Of a stretch of DNA of 56,485 nucleotides, positions 28,557 to 37,136 are shown one piece after another. The position numbers were made by a program, and so were the translations under genes. The number at the start of each line of letters is the position of its first letter. Within the stretch, counting starts at the first letter, position 1. The DNA is from a virus (Duplodnaviria > Caudoviricetes). Location: IMG/VR virus record IMGVR_UViG_3300002988_000063, positions 1 to 56,485 of that record; one strand, written 5' to 3'. The notes below the pieces were generated by a model. It did no database searches. It saw nothing but the letters and a program-made list of their open reading frames with translations, and was not told the DNA's origin.

Positions 28557-29099
28557 TTAATAACGTTTTTCTATAATCTTTTTGTGTATTAAAATCTCGC
28601 CGGTGAGGTTCACGGGCGTCGGCTCCGTGAGGCTTATCGTTATCGTATTCGCTGATGCCGTTACGTTTTTTATGAGCACCGGGAAAGTTACGCCCTGGCT
28701 AAAACTTTGCGACGGTACAGAAACCGTTTGAGCGGGAACAGTTATTGTCACGCTTTCGGTGCCTACCGTGAAAGTTATATTCTGCGCGGGAACCGTAATA
28801 TTTTGCGCCGGCGTCACAATAGAGATATTGCGAGATACTACGGCGATCGATGCCGGTTCTTTAATGGCGGCCGCCGCGTTATCCGTCGCTAAAACTCCAG
28901 GCACATTAAGCGCGATCGAACTCTGGCCAGCCGTCATTGTAAAGACTTCCGATGTGCAAAGTAATAATTGCATTTCCTCGAAATTGCGCTTGATATTCCG
29001 CATGTTGACATCGAGCGGCCCCGGGAATATCGGCTGCATGGCGCATGCCGTTTCACAAGATATAAGTAATATGAAAATGATTGAAAATATTTTCTTCAT
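28557..29099 (-). CDS. Putative tail protein with signal peptide
   Basis: MKKIFSIIFILLISCETACA|M; TVPAQ-type repeats; coupled to the nozzle gene. Confidence 0.6.
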   Translation of the reverse strand: MKKIFSIIFILLISCETACAMQPIFPGPLDVNMRNIKRNFEEMQLLLCTSEVFTMTAGQSSIALNVPGVLATDNAAAAIKEPASIAVVSRNISIVTPAQNITVPAQNITFTVGTESVTITVPAQTVSVPSQSFSQGVTFPVLIKNVTASANTITISLTEPTPVNLTGEILIHKKIIEKRY

Positions 29100-30613
29100 C
29101 GTATCTCGTTCCCTTTGATATTGCCGACGTTACGGTAGAAAATTCTGATCTGTTTTATGAAGCTCGTTGATGATACCGTGCCGCTGTTGTAAAGCCATTT
29201 GAGATATATACGTTTGACGGCCTTTCTCAATCCTACATTCCAGACAAGCGTATTCGTCGGCGGACGGACACCCTTTGATGCCGCGGTATAATTTTTACCG
29301 ATGAATGTTTTGCTGATATAGCCCTCTCCAGATTTCTCGCTATAGCCGAGGCCAACTTCCGCACTTGCGCCGCCGGTTAAAAGCGTGTCCATTTCAATCC
29401 TTACGATCTCTTTATTATTCGCCGCGTTTCCGTCGAGCGTGATCCAGCATGACTTCCATGAGAACGGCGTGATCTGCGTCGAAGTGCTCTGGCTCAAAGT
29501 CGGCAGTGGCGAAAATAAAAAGTTTCCGCTGACGAAAAAACGGTCTGCGATCAGGCCTTTTATTATCGGGATCTCGAAATAACTTTTGGTTTGAATGTCG
29601 TAGATCACCCCGGCGGCTGACGAAACATTACCGAACGCGAGGTATCTGTCATACCACATTGCGAGCGTGTCGAATGAATAGCCGCTATAAGGTATCTGGC
29701 ATAGCTTTTGAAGGTTATAACCTTCGAGCATATAAACGTCCTTGCCGTCGTGTAATATGATCGCGCCTTTGTAAGGTATGATTGATTTCTGACCTCCGGA
29801 AACCGCGAACGTCACAACCTTATCAATGCGCCATGTGTCCGGACTATCGCCGCCGGAAACCAGATAAACGCCGTCCCAGCACACAACATAAAGGCCGGCC
29901 AGTGTCGAGATAAGTTTCGTGATCTTCGCATAATTCGGAACGTCCCAGACGTTGCCGCGATTTTCGGCGGGCGTAAAATCTTCCCAATCGGTAGGACTTG
30001 AAATAAACATGCGATTATAAACGCCTCCCGGGCTCGCGCCGGAAACCCATAATCTATTCTTCCAGATCGCCGCCGAGGTCGCGGTATATCCGGCTTCGTA
30101 GAACGGCAGATTATATCCGGTGACGCCTATGACTTTCGTTCCTGCTCCGGTAGTAGCTTTATACATGGCCTTTTCGTTCATAGCATAATAATAATAGCCT
30201 GACTTGTAAAAGCCGAACGCGAACAGGAAAAGAGATCCGCCGTCAGCTGCAGGTATTATTTCCGTCTGCGTCGAATAGCGTTTCACCTGATAATTGCCGC
30301 CGGTGAAATAGTTATAAAATACTTCGTCAGCTACCATGCAAGCTTCGATAAAAACGCTATTTGAATCCGTCGTTGGCAGGAAGCCATAAGTCAAAGTTGA
30401 AAGGCCATTATCCGACGGATAAAGGTTCGAACATTCCGCGGCGAATTTCGAATCTTCCGTGTTTTCCTCTGCGCCGAATCCGAGAATGTCGGGACCGTTC
30501 AACACGAGCGTCTGTAATGCTTTATCGCTCTGGCCGGCGAGGAGCATAAACGGCGAGCAAAAAAGGACGAGGCCGAGAACAAGCATTAAGAGAGCGAATA
30601 TGACTTTCTTCAT
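29096..30613 (-). CDS. Tail nozzle / tubular protein B-like beta-propeller with signal peptide
   Basis: WKNRLWVSG...RMFISSP.DWEDF, ITKL...LYV; follows an adaptor gene; hydrophobic N-terminus MKKVIFALLMLVLGLVLF. Confidence 0.75.
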   Translation of the reverse strand: MKKVIFALLMLVLGLVLFCSPFMLLAGQSDKALQTLVLNGPDILGFGAEENTEDSKFAAECSNLYPSDNGLSTLTYGFLPTTDSNSVFIEACMVADEVFYNYFTGGNYQVKRYSTQTEIIPAADGGSLFLFAFGFYKSGYYYYAMNEKAMYKATTGAGTKVIGVTGYNLPFYEAGYTATSAAIWKNRLWVSGASPGGVYNRMFISSPTDWEDFTPAENRGNVWDVPNYAKITKLISTLAGLYVVCWDGVYLVSGGDSPDTWRIDKVVTFAVSGGQKSIIPYKGAIILHDGKDVYMLEGYNLQKLCQIPYSGYSFDTLAMWYDRYLAFGNVSSAAGVIYDIQTKSYFEIPIIKGLIADRFFVSGNFLFSPLPTLSQSTSTQITPFSWKSCWITLDGNAANNKEIVRIEMDTLLTGGASAEVGLGYSEKSGEGYISKTFIGKNYTAASKGVRPPTNTLVWNVGLRKAVKRIYLKWLYNSGTVSSTSFIKQIRIFYRNVGNIKGNEIR

Positions 30614-30614
30614 A

Positions 30615-31325
30615 TTATTTCACCGCCGGCGGAGTCTGGATCATCGGCGGCGTGATAACATTGCTGCCGTCCATGAACATATTTTTTGTGGTTATATGGT
30701 CCATCATCAGCGCCTTGAATCCGGCAGCTCTGTCCGTCTGCCCGTCCTGTTGTAAAACCGTATAGCAGGTCGCCCAGATAACGAAGTCATCGTGTGCCGT
30801 GGCAGTCGAAAGTATCGCGCCGTCGGTATCAAGCGAATCGGGCTTTCTCAAGTAATGAAGATATACGTCCTGCGTGTCAGAGGTCGGCATCGGGAATACC
30901 TGAATCTTATCGCCCATGATACAGAACATAGGATCGCGTAATGTTGCCTGTAATGTGCGCGCGTAATACTCGGTAGGCCGTACTTGTATCGCTGGCTTTC
31001 CCGCATACTTACACGCGACGAGTTTATAGAAATTCGTCGGCAGCGTGTAATACGCCTCGGTCGTTGACACGGCTATCTCGGCCGTCGTGAGGAGATTATA
31101 ATTGACGGACGGCGTAAGCATATCGAGCATAAGACCTTCGGCTACACGCACGGCGCGGTTGATCTGTTTATTCGTGTAGATCGTGTTAACCTCGTCCGTT
31201 TCGAAAAGAGCCTCGCGGACATCGTAGCGGATCTCGGCCAGTGTCGTCGCGTTCGCCGGTATGTTTACAAAGAGGATGACGCATATTGATAATGCCGCTA
31301 AAATATGTTTACTAAAAAGTTTCAT
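30615..31325 (-). CDS. Head-tail adaptor / tubular protein A-like with signal peptide
   Basis: ...IPANA|TTLAEIR..VR...YTLPTNF...IQVFPMP...Y...P. Confidence 0.75.
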   Translation of the reverse strand: MKLFSKHILAALSICVILFVNIPANATTLAEIRYDVREALFETDEVNTIYTNKQINRAVRVAEGLMLDMLTPSVNYNLLTTAEIAVSTTEAYYTLPTNFYKLVACKYAGKPAIQVRPTEYYARTLQATLRDPMFCIMGDKIQVFPMPTSDTQDVYLHYLRKPDSLDTDGAILSTATAHDDFVIWATCYTVLQQDGQTDRAAGFKALMMDHITTKNMFMDGSNVITPPMIQTPPAVK

Positions 31326-31337
31326 TTAATCCTCCGG

Positions 31338-31520
31338 TTAAAATCTTCTCGTATATTTGAATCCGACGTAAACGTCATCGTTGCCGGATCTATAAAACTT
31401 GCCGATTTTAAATTCATAATTATCATTTTTATAAACGCTGATGTTTGGCGTGATTATGAGATTTCCGCGACCGTTCATTGTCTTTTGTTCTGCGACGATC
31501 GCGGAAACCTCATCTATGAC
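31338..31520 (-). CDS. -1 frame extension of the holin-like gene
   Basis: No convincing RBS of its own; in the -1 frame at A_AAA_AAG; ends YVGFKYTRRF. Confidence 0.65.
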   Translation of the reverse strand, partial: VIDEVSAIVAEQKTMNGRGNLIITPNISVYKNDNYEFKIGKFYRSGNDDVYVGFKYTRRF

Positions 31521-31526
31521 TTTTTT
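31456..31526 (-). promoter_or_regulatory. Programmed -1 ribosomal frameshift signal
   Basis: A AAA AAG (31526..31520), 6-nt spacer, 19-bp stem (31513..31495 with 31474..31456), 20-nt loop. Confidence 0.8.
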
Positions 31527-31921
31527 TTGATTTCTGCCAGTATATATTCTTTCTGCGTCTCGAACCACTTATCGAGCGAGCCTACGACGAGCGTATAAAT
31601 AAATTTTCCGATAAGCCCGATCTGCTCGAAGAATATTCTTTTAGCGTGGTCCGCGACTTCCGTCTGTTCTTCCTTTGTAAGTTTACCGTCGGCCTTTTTC
31701 GCTTTCAGATCTTCGACCACGGTTGACTGAACGACGGTGACCGCGACGATCACCTTCTGGATGAGCGCCTTGATTACTGCGTTATTTATTTTAGCCAGGA
31801 TAAAACCGAGTACGCCTACGACCGCCGCGAAAAAGAATATTGCGATCTGGTCGGCATAGTTATTGATAATGAATTCAAGAAGATTCCCGAGGACTGAATA
31901 GAATTTCTCCATAAATACCAT
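31514..31921 (-). CDS. Holin-like membrane protein (resembles the LL-H family)
   Basis: TM segment IAIFFFAAVVGVLGFILA; AV..VQ.T.V..LK....DGKLT.EE; likely start 31912. Confidence 0.65.
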   Translation of the reverse strand: MVFMEKFYSVLGNLLEFIINNYADQIAIFFFAAVVGVLGFILAKINNAVIKALIQKVIVAVTVVQSTVVEDLKAKKADGKLTKEEQTEVADHAKRIFFEQIGLIGKFIYTLVVGSLDKWFETQKEYILAEIKKKS

Positions 31922-31934
31922 CCTTTTATTTTAT

Positions 31935-32014
31935 TGGTCGCTTCCGGCGGGGCTTGAACCCGCGTATTAGTTTCGGGTTGAAACTTTGCTTTGTCCGTGT
32001 TAAGCTACGGAAGC
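31935..32014 (-). ncRNA. tRNA-like RNA with a non-canonical anticodon arm
   Basis: GCTTCCG/CGGAAGC acceptor, GCTT/AAGC D stem, GCGGG-TTCAAGC-CCCGC T arm; anticodon region AGTTT-CAACCCG-AAACT lacks U33. Confidence 0.75.
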
Positions 32015-32125
32015 AGGGATTATTTTATTCTAATATTGTGATATAACTTGTTTTAATTGGTCTGGTTGTTTTTCCGGAGTAGAATATGGCCTGTTTAAAG
32101 GGTATAACATTTTTTTAGAATATCA

Positions 32126-32662
32126 CTAAAACTCTAATGTTTCGCGCAATTCCTGATAGTGAAATCCTTTCGCATACCAGAAATCAAGACAGGTACTTTC
32201 TTTATCAGCGTATGTTGTTTCAAAATTCGACTGCATCAGAAGCGTTTCATCGGTGTTCGTCATTATCAAGATGTGATGATACTGCCCTTTGAGGACGTCG
32301 CCTCTCAGATAATAATGTTTCACCTTTGAAACAATTCTGGTATTTTGGCTTTTCTTATAGCGCAAAAAATCCATATAATATCGCGCTATTCCGGTGCAAT
32401 TTCCCCAGCCTCGCGTCATCGTTTCCGTCGGGGTCGGCGCGCGGTCGAGTAGAAGAACGTCGTCGATCTCATTCGCGTAGGTATAGCCCTTTTTCACAAG
32501 ATTGTCATTCAACAATGCTACGTCATTGAAGCCGTCCCAGTATGCGTGAAGTTCGGCCTCTGTCCATGTGTGTCCGGTGCTCTGCCATTCCGTCGTTGTG
32601 AAGCAGCCGAGCAGAAAGGCGAACGATGAGAGCATTGCGGTTATGAGGATTAGTTTTTTCAT
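32126..32662 (-). CDS. Lipoprotein with transglutaminase-like Cys/His motifs
   Basis: MKKLILITAMLSSFAFLLG|C; GNCTGIA...HHILI. Confidence 0.6.
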   Translation of the reverse strand: MKKLILITAMLSSFAFLLGCFTTTEWQSTGHTWTEAELHAYWDGFNDVALLNDNLVKKGYTYANEIDDVLLLDRAPTPTETMTRGWGNCTGIARYYMDFLRYKKSQNTRIVSKVKHYYLRGDVLKGQYHHILIMTNTDETLLMQSNFETTYADKESTCLDFWYAKGFHYQELRETLEF

Positions 32663-32666
32663 ATCA

Positions 32667-33353
32667 TCACAACCCATTAACTTTGCTCGGAACGCTTACT
32701 CCTAAAACCTTTGCCGCCGATGTTACACCGTTGACTTTTTTGGAATAGCCGGTTGTGTAAGTTACGGAAAGTTTCGGAGGGTATGTTTGACTTTGCCCGT
32801 AAATATCGTAATGAACTCCGGTATAAGCGGAAGGTGCATCACCGGATATACCTATTCTAAAACCAGTATATCCCGTTTTGGATATGCTCGAAAGATTGGA
32901 TAGGGATATTGTTTCGTCTGGGTATAAATTCCCTGAAGAAATTGAAAACGCCGTTGTTCCAACAGACGCAGAATAATCAGAATTCGATATTGAAGTAAAC
33001 GAATAGTATTCGCCGTCTGCGGTTCTCCCACCGGTATTCATTGCGCTCGCGGTGTAAACTTGTAAATATAAAGTAGCCGATGTTATCGTCGCGTTATCTG
33101 GCAAGGAGGACGTGTCAAATCTCAATAATATACTATTTACGATATAGTCGGAACCATCGTTTTGTTTATAAAGTCGGAGATAACCAGAAGTATAACACGC
33201 TTGGTTTGACGTGTCAGGAGGATATGTAGAGCTATATCGAGTGCAATATCCATCATCTTCATCCGCCGGGGAATAAAAATCAACCGTTGTTTGCGCAAAA
33301 GCACTTGAGCCAAAAAACAATGTTAAAAGTATCGCCATTATTATCTTTTTCAT
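32667..33353 (-). CDS. DNRLRE/CBM-like protein with signal peptide, candidate receptor-binding protein
   Basis: MKKIIMAILLTLFFGSSAFA|Q; LLRFDTSSLP.NATITSATLYL; PKLSVTY. Confidence 0.7.
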   Translation of the reverse strand: MKKIIMAILLTLFFGSSAFAQTTVDFYSPADEDDGYCTRYSSTYPPDTSNQACYTSGYLRLYKQNDGSDYIVNSILLRFDTSSLPDNATITSATLYLQVYTASAMNTGGRTADGEYYSFTSISNSDYSASVGTTAFSISSGNLYPDETISLSNLSSISKTGYTGFRIGISGDAPSAYTGVHYDIYGQSQTYPPKLSVTYTTGYSKKVNGVTSAAKVLGVSVPSKVNGL

Positions 33354-33354
33354 G

Positions 33355-35871
33355 TTATATCTCCACATATGTTCCGTCAAAATAGAAGTACACTGTATCC
33401 GCGCTTAAAGCCGTTCCGATTATCTGAACCTGCTGACCTGTCGAACTTGGAGCCGTAGCCGTAATCGCTCCCGCCGTTGCTGCCGAAACATATATTTTCT
33501 GGCCTTTCGTAAACGACCAGCCGCTATTCCTAACAATGCCTCTTATCAATACCTTGCGGTTCCCTGTGCCCGTTTCAACGCAAAGACCCTTTGCGGGTAT
33601 CGTCGTTGCCGAATCGGCCTTTGCAATCGTCCAACCACCGGAAGCAAGGTATAAGCATTGTCCTACCGTGGCGCTCGCCGCCATGCCGTCAACTATAACT
33701 TCGCCCGTATAATCGTTATACGCCATATTGAGCGGATACCATGTTTTGGCTTGCGTTTCGGAAGTAGCCGCCGCTATCGCCGAATCAACCGCCGCTTTTG
33801 AATATACCGCGTCGTCTATCGTTTCAAGCGCCTGCTGAACTGTCGTATCTGCCGATGATAATATGCCGTTGAAATTCGTCGTTGCCGCGCTTACAAGGGC
33901 TGCTATATTCGTCGCGCCGCTGCCTGTGGTCGTGCCTTTAAGCGTGCTTTTCTGGACCTGCACTTCTTCGATATATCCGCTTGATACGTTATTCTGGACG
34001 ATGATATATCCGAGTTGCGCAAGTTCTAACGCCGCTAATTCATTCGTGGCCGCTGCGACGCCTGTGGTTATAGCCGTCTGCGCCTGTCCTAAATTCGTAT
34101 ATTGCGCCGTCTGCATGACCGCGTAATACTGCGGCGTCGAGCCGTTAAGCGTGTCTTTGCCGACATAGAGCCTGAATACTCCGCGCTTTAAACTATCAAT
34201 AGCCGTAGCCGTTCCAGCGGCGTTATAATACATAGGCACGGTCGCCTGACTTGCATATCTTATCCACTTGCCAGCCGCGTTTGTATAGTAGTAATTTATC
34301 GTGATCGCCGCTGCCGAACTGTCCGGTATCGTTACCGTCAGGCCATGATCTTCGAGAAGGTCCGCGCCGGTTAATTTCACCGATCTATCGTTAGCGCTGC
34401 CGCCTGTGCCGGTTCCGAGTTTGCCTATGTTCGCACCGCCGTCGGAGTTTCTTATAAGCGGTCCGAAGTTATTGTGCATATACAAACTTGAAGCCGTGTC
34501 CATTGCGTAAGGATGATTTTCACGAGCGACCTGATAGATTGTGCCGTCGTATAAAACTTCGGCTATGTTTATTTTAGTCCCGTCGAATGTAGAAGTTATC
34601 CCGATCAAGCCATTCGCGCCCACATAAACATATTGCGTAGTATTCGCTGTAAGCACTTCTGACGTCTGTGGCGCGTTGAAACGTATGTGCTTACCATTGA
34701 TGAACCCATAGCCGCCAATGTCGAGTCTGAACGCGCCGCCGGTGATCGTGTAATATGTTCCGGCGCTATCCCAAATATCGAAGCCGGTTCGCGCTGCTTT
34801 ATTTATCGAAACAGCTATTGAACCGAGCTGACCTTCAACCGTTGTGGCGTCGCTGACCTCATTCGTTCCGCTGACATTCAAATCGTTCCAGCCGCGCGTT
34901 CCGCTGCCGTTCGTGCCGTAATATTTATAATTTCCCGGCGCCGCCGAATCGTTTACAAATTCAACGATATGGCTCGTCAAATTAGCCGCTAAAGAGTTCC
35001 CGACCTTATCACCGAGGTAGCCCGTCGTTGGATCTGCCGCGTCGGTTTTAACCTGTTCGTCAGGGCTGATACCAGGCGCGCCGAAAACTACGCCCGTGCC
35101 GAGCGCATTGACTTTCAGAACTTTGTTCTCCTGGCCGACGTAAGTATTCGGACAATCCGACAATTCGGTGAATGCCGCGCTTGCGAGCTGACTTAATCCG
35201 CCGGATTTAAAAACGACTTCGCTTGAATTTGCTTTCAAAAGAATAGCAGCTTCCGCGCTGGTCATAGATAACTGCGTCGCCTTCAATGCTAATTTCGCGT
35301 CCACTTCGGCGGTGTCATAAAAATCCGCGTCAATCTCTAATTTTGTGTAATACGCTGCGAGCGCGGAGCTTTCAGCTTTCGCGGATAAAGCGGATTCGAG
35401 CTGCAGGTGTGAAAGCGTTCCGATGCTCACAAGTCCGTTATGATCTATCGCTATATTCGCGCTGCCGTCGAAGGCTGTCCCCGCTATCGTTCTCGCAAAT
35501 TGTAACTGCGTCGCGGTTCCGGCGTTTCCGGTGATCGCCCCGTCCATTGTGCCAGCTTTGAAATTTCCGCTGGAATCGCGGCTGATAATTTTGCTCACGA
35601 CATTTTCGGAAGTCTGGCCGTGCGCCGTAGTTTCATTGATAATATGCGTATCAAAATCGGTGGTACTTGCGATATTCCCGCTCAAAGGAAGTCGCGCCTC
35701 GATGCTGCCCATGTCATATTCGACGCTTCTTGCGTTCGTCCTGTATATGTCTTTCGCCTCGTGCATTACGCCGGTCACAAGGTCATGGATTTTATAGCTT
35801 ATCGCGTCGGCATACGTCGCGGCGAAAAAAACCAAAAACAAAAGGCACCCGATTATAAAAAATCTCTTCAC
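33355..35871 (-). CDS. Tail fibre protein with signal peptide
   Basis: MKRFFIIGCLLFLVFFAATYADA|I; GNAGTATQLQFARTIAGTAFDGSANI and FTELSDCP..Y.GQ fibre motifs. Confidence 0.8.
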   Translation of the reverse strand: MKRFFIIGCLLFLVFFAATYADAISYKIHDLVTGVMHEAKDIYRTNARSVEYDMGSIEARLPLSGNIASTTDFDTHIINETTAHGQTSENVVSKIISRDSSGNFKAGTMDGAITGNAGTATQLQFARTIAGTAFDGSANIAIDHNGLVSIGTLSHLQLESALSAKAESSALAAYYTKLEIDADFYDTAEVDAKLALKATQLSMTSAEAAILLKANSSEVVFKSGGLSQLASAAFTELSDCPNTYVGQENKVLKVNALGTGVVFGAPGISPDEQVKTDAADPTTGYLGDKVGNSLAANLTSHIVEFVNDSAAPGNYKYYGTNGSGTRGWNDLNVSGTNEVSDATTVEGQLGSIAVSINKAARTGFDIWDSAGTYYTITGGAFRLDIGGYGFINGKHIRFNAPQTSEVLTANTTQYVYVGANGLIGITSTFDGTKINIAEVLYDGTIYQVARENHPYAMDTASSLYMHNNFGPLIRNSDGGANIGKLGTGTGGSANDRSVKLTGADLLEDHGLTVTIPDSSAAAITINYYYTNAAGKWIRYASQATVPMYYNAAGTATAIDSLKRGVFRLYVGKDTLNGSTPQYYAVMQTAQYTNLGQAQTAITTGVAAATNELAALELAQLGYIIVQNNVSSGYIEEVQVQKSTLKGTTTGSGATNIAALVSAATTNFNGILSSADTTVQQALETIDDAVYSKAAVDSAIAAATSETQAKTWYPLNMAYNDYTGEVIVDGMAASATVGQCLYLASGGWTIAKADSATTIPAKGLCVETGTGNRKVLIRGIVRNSGWSFTKGQKIYVSAATAGAITATAPSSTGQQVQIIGTALSADTVYFYFDGTYVEI

Positions 35872-35883
35872 TTCTCGTCCTCC

Positions 35884-36435
35884 TTAACTCGTAGCCATAG
35901 CGAGTCTGTATCTTGCCTCGTATGTCAGTTTGCCGCCGCTCGCGTTCTTGATCGTCAGACGCAGCGTGTTCGATCCTGTGGCCATTGAAAGATTGATCTC
36001 GATGTCTGTTACGCGCGAAGGGTCCGAGGCGTATTCCGAAACAATGCCTATGATCTTCGGTTCGAACGTCGCCGTCTTATAATTTACGACCTTACAATTC
36101 ACGATCGCTTCGGCCACATACGGCGTATTGCAATAAACATATATCCAGAAATCTGCCGCCTGTCCCGCCGCTACAGTTATGTCTTTTATGAAAGTGTCGC
36201 TGGTTACGTCCTCGGCCGCGACCCGCGTACTGTCCGCTATGACGGAACCGCCCAGCCAGAGCAGCGAGTTCTTCGTAGCCTTCAAAACAATATTGCCTTC
36301 TGCATCATAGAAGGTCACGCCATCCGTATCGACGCGGTACATCTTCGCGTCGGTATCATCATTTATGTGTTCTTCGTAATCCTTGACGCGGATCACATTT
36401 ATAAAATTCTCCTGGTCTAATGAATTTGGATTCAT
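35884..36435 (-). CDS. Hypothetical virion protein (no signal peptide)
   Basis: Position in the late operon; coupled to 36432..37118. Confidence 0.55.
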   Translation of the reverse strand: MNPNSLDQENFINVIRVKDYEEHINDDTDAKMYRVDTDGVTFYDAEGNIVLKATKNSLLWLGGSVIADSTRVAAEDVTSDTFIKDITVAAGQAADFWIYVYCNTPYVAEAIVNCKVVNYKTATFEPKIIGIVSEYASDPSRVTDIEINLSMATGSNTLRLTIKNASGGKLTYEARYRLAMATS

Positions 36436-37118
36436 CTTCTTACGCCTCCCGTCCTGGTATTTTTAACGAATCTGCTGCCGTTTCCGGTAAACGCAAATTT
36501 CAAGCGGCAAGCTTCAACGTTTTCTTTGTAACGATTCTCGGCGTCATCCGCCGCTTTGAACGCCGCGTCAGTTCCGAAAACGCCGCGTAATATTTTGCTT
36601 ACCGCCAGATCACAAAGACCTGAAGAATAAGGATCCGGTATATAAAATTCTTCGCTGTCAGCCGTGAGTTTGGGAGGAAGATAAAACCCGAATATCTGGA
36701 TAAGTTCGCCGTCGTATTTCGGCGCGGGATAAAGCTTGATCTTGCCTTTGGTCGTGTGATCGTCATAGCCCAGAGGAGAAAATTTACTGCTGACCTTCTG
36801 CCATGCTGGAAGGTAACGGCGCTCAACTTTTTCGAGATCACGCGAGCGATAGCCCCGCGAGTATTTTACATACTCAACTTCAAACAAGCCGGTCGGCTTA
36901 TCATAAAGGGACTGTTTTTTAACGGTCGGAATAAGATAAGGGCGTTTCGCGCCGCGATAGATTTTTGTATATGCGACGCCTTTCTCCTGGGCGAGATTTA
37001 ATTCGGAAATAATTAAGGCGTCCAGGACGGATAAGTTTTTCCCGTCTGTCATTTTATTCACTGAAGCAAAGGCCTGAAGGCGTTCACGGACGTATTCAAC
37101 CGCACCAGACAATATCAT
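36432..37118 (-). CDS. Head-tail adaptor-like protein (no signal peptide)
   Basis: VRERL...LN.AQ...Y..P...IKLYPAP...P.L.....IP..Y. Confidence 0.7.
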   Translation of the reverse strand: MILSGAVEYVRERLQAFASVNKMTDGKNLSVLDALIISELNLAQEKGVAYTKIYRGAKRPYLIPTVKKQSLYDKPTGLFEVEYVKYSRGYRSRDLEKVERRYLPAWQKVSSKFSPLGYDDHTTKGKIKLYPAPKYDGELIQIFGFYLPPKLTADSEEFYIPDPYSSGLCDLAVSKILRGVFGTDAAFKAADDAENRYKENVEACRLKFAFTGNGSRFVKNTRTGGVRR

Positions 37119-37136
37119 TTTATCTTCCTCCGGTTA

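Noticed and set aside
31521-31528. A8 run as a simple sequencing error or pseudogene lesion
   Set aside because: Not excluded without reads, but the correctly phased A_AAA_AAG and the 19-bp stem 6 nt downstream favour programmed frameshifting.
32667-35871. Diversity-generating retroelement acting on the fibre or adhesin
   Set aside because: No reverse transcriptase in the window and no template/variable repeat pair seen.
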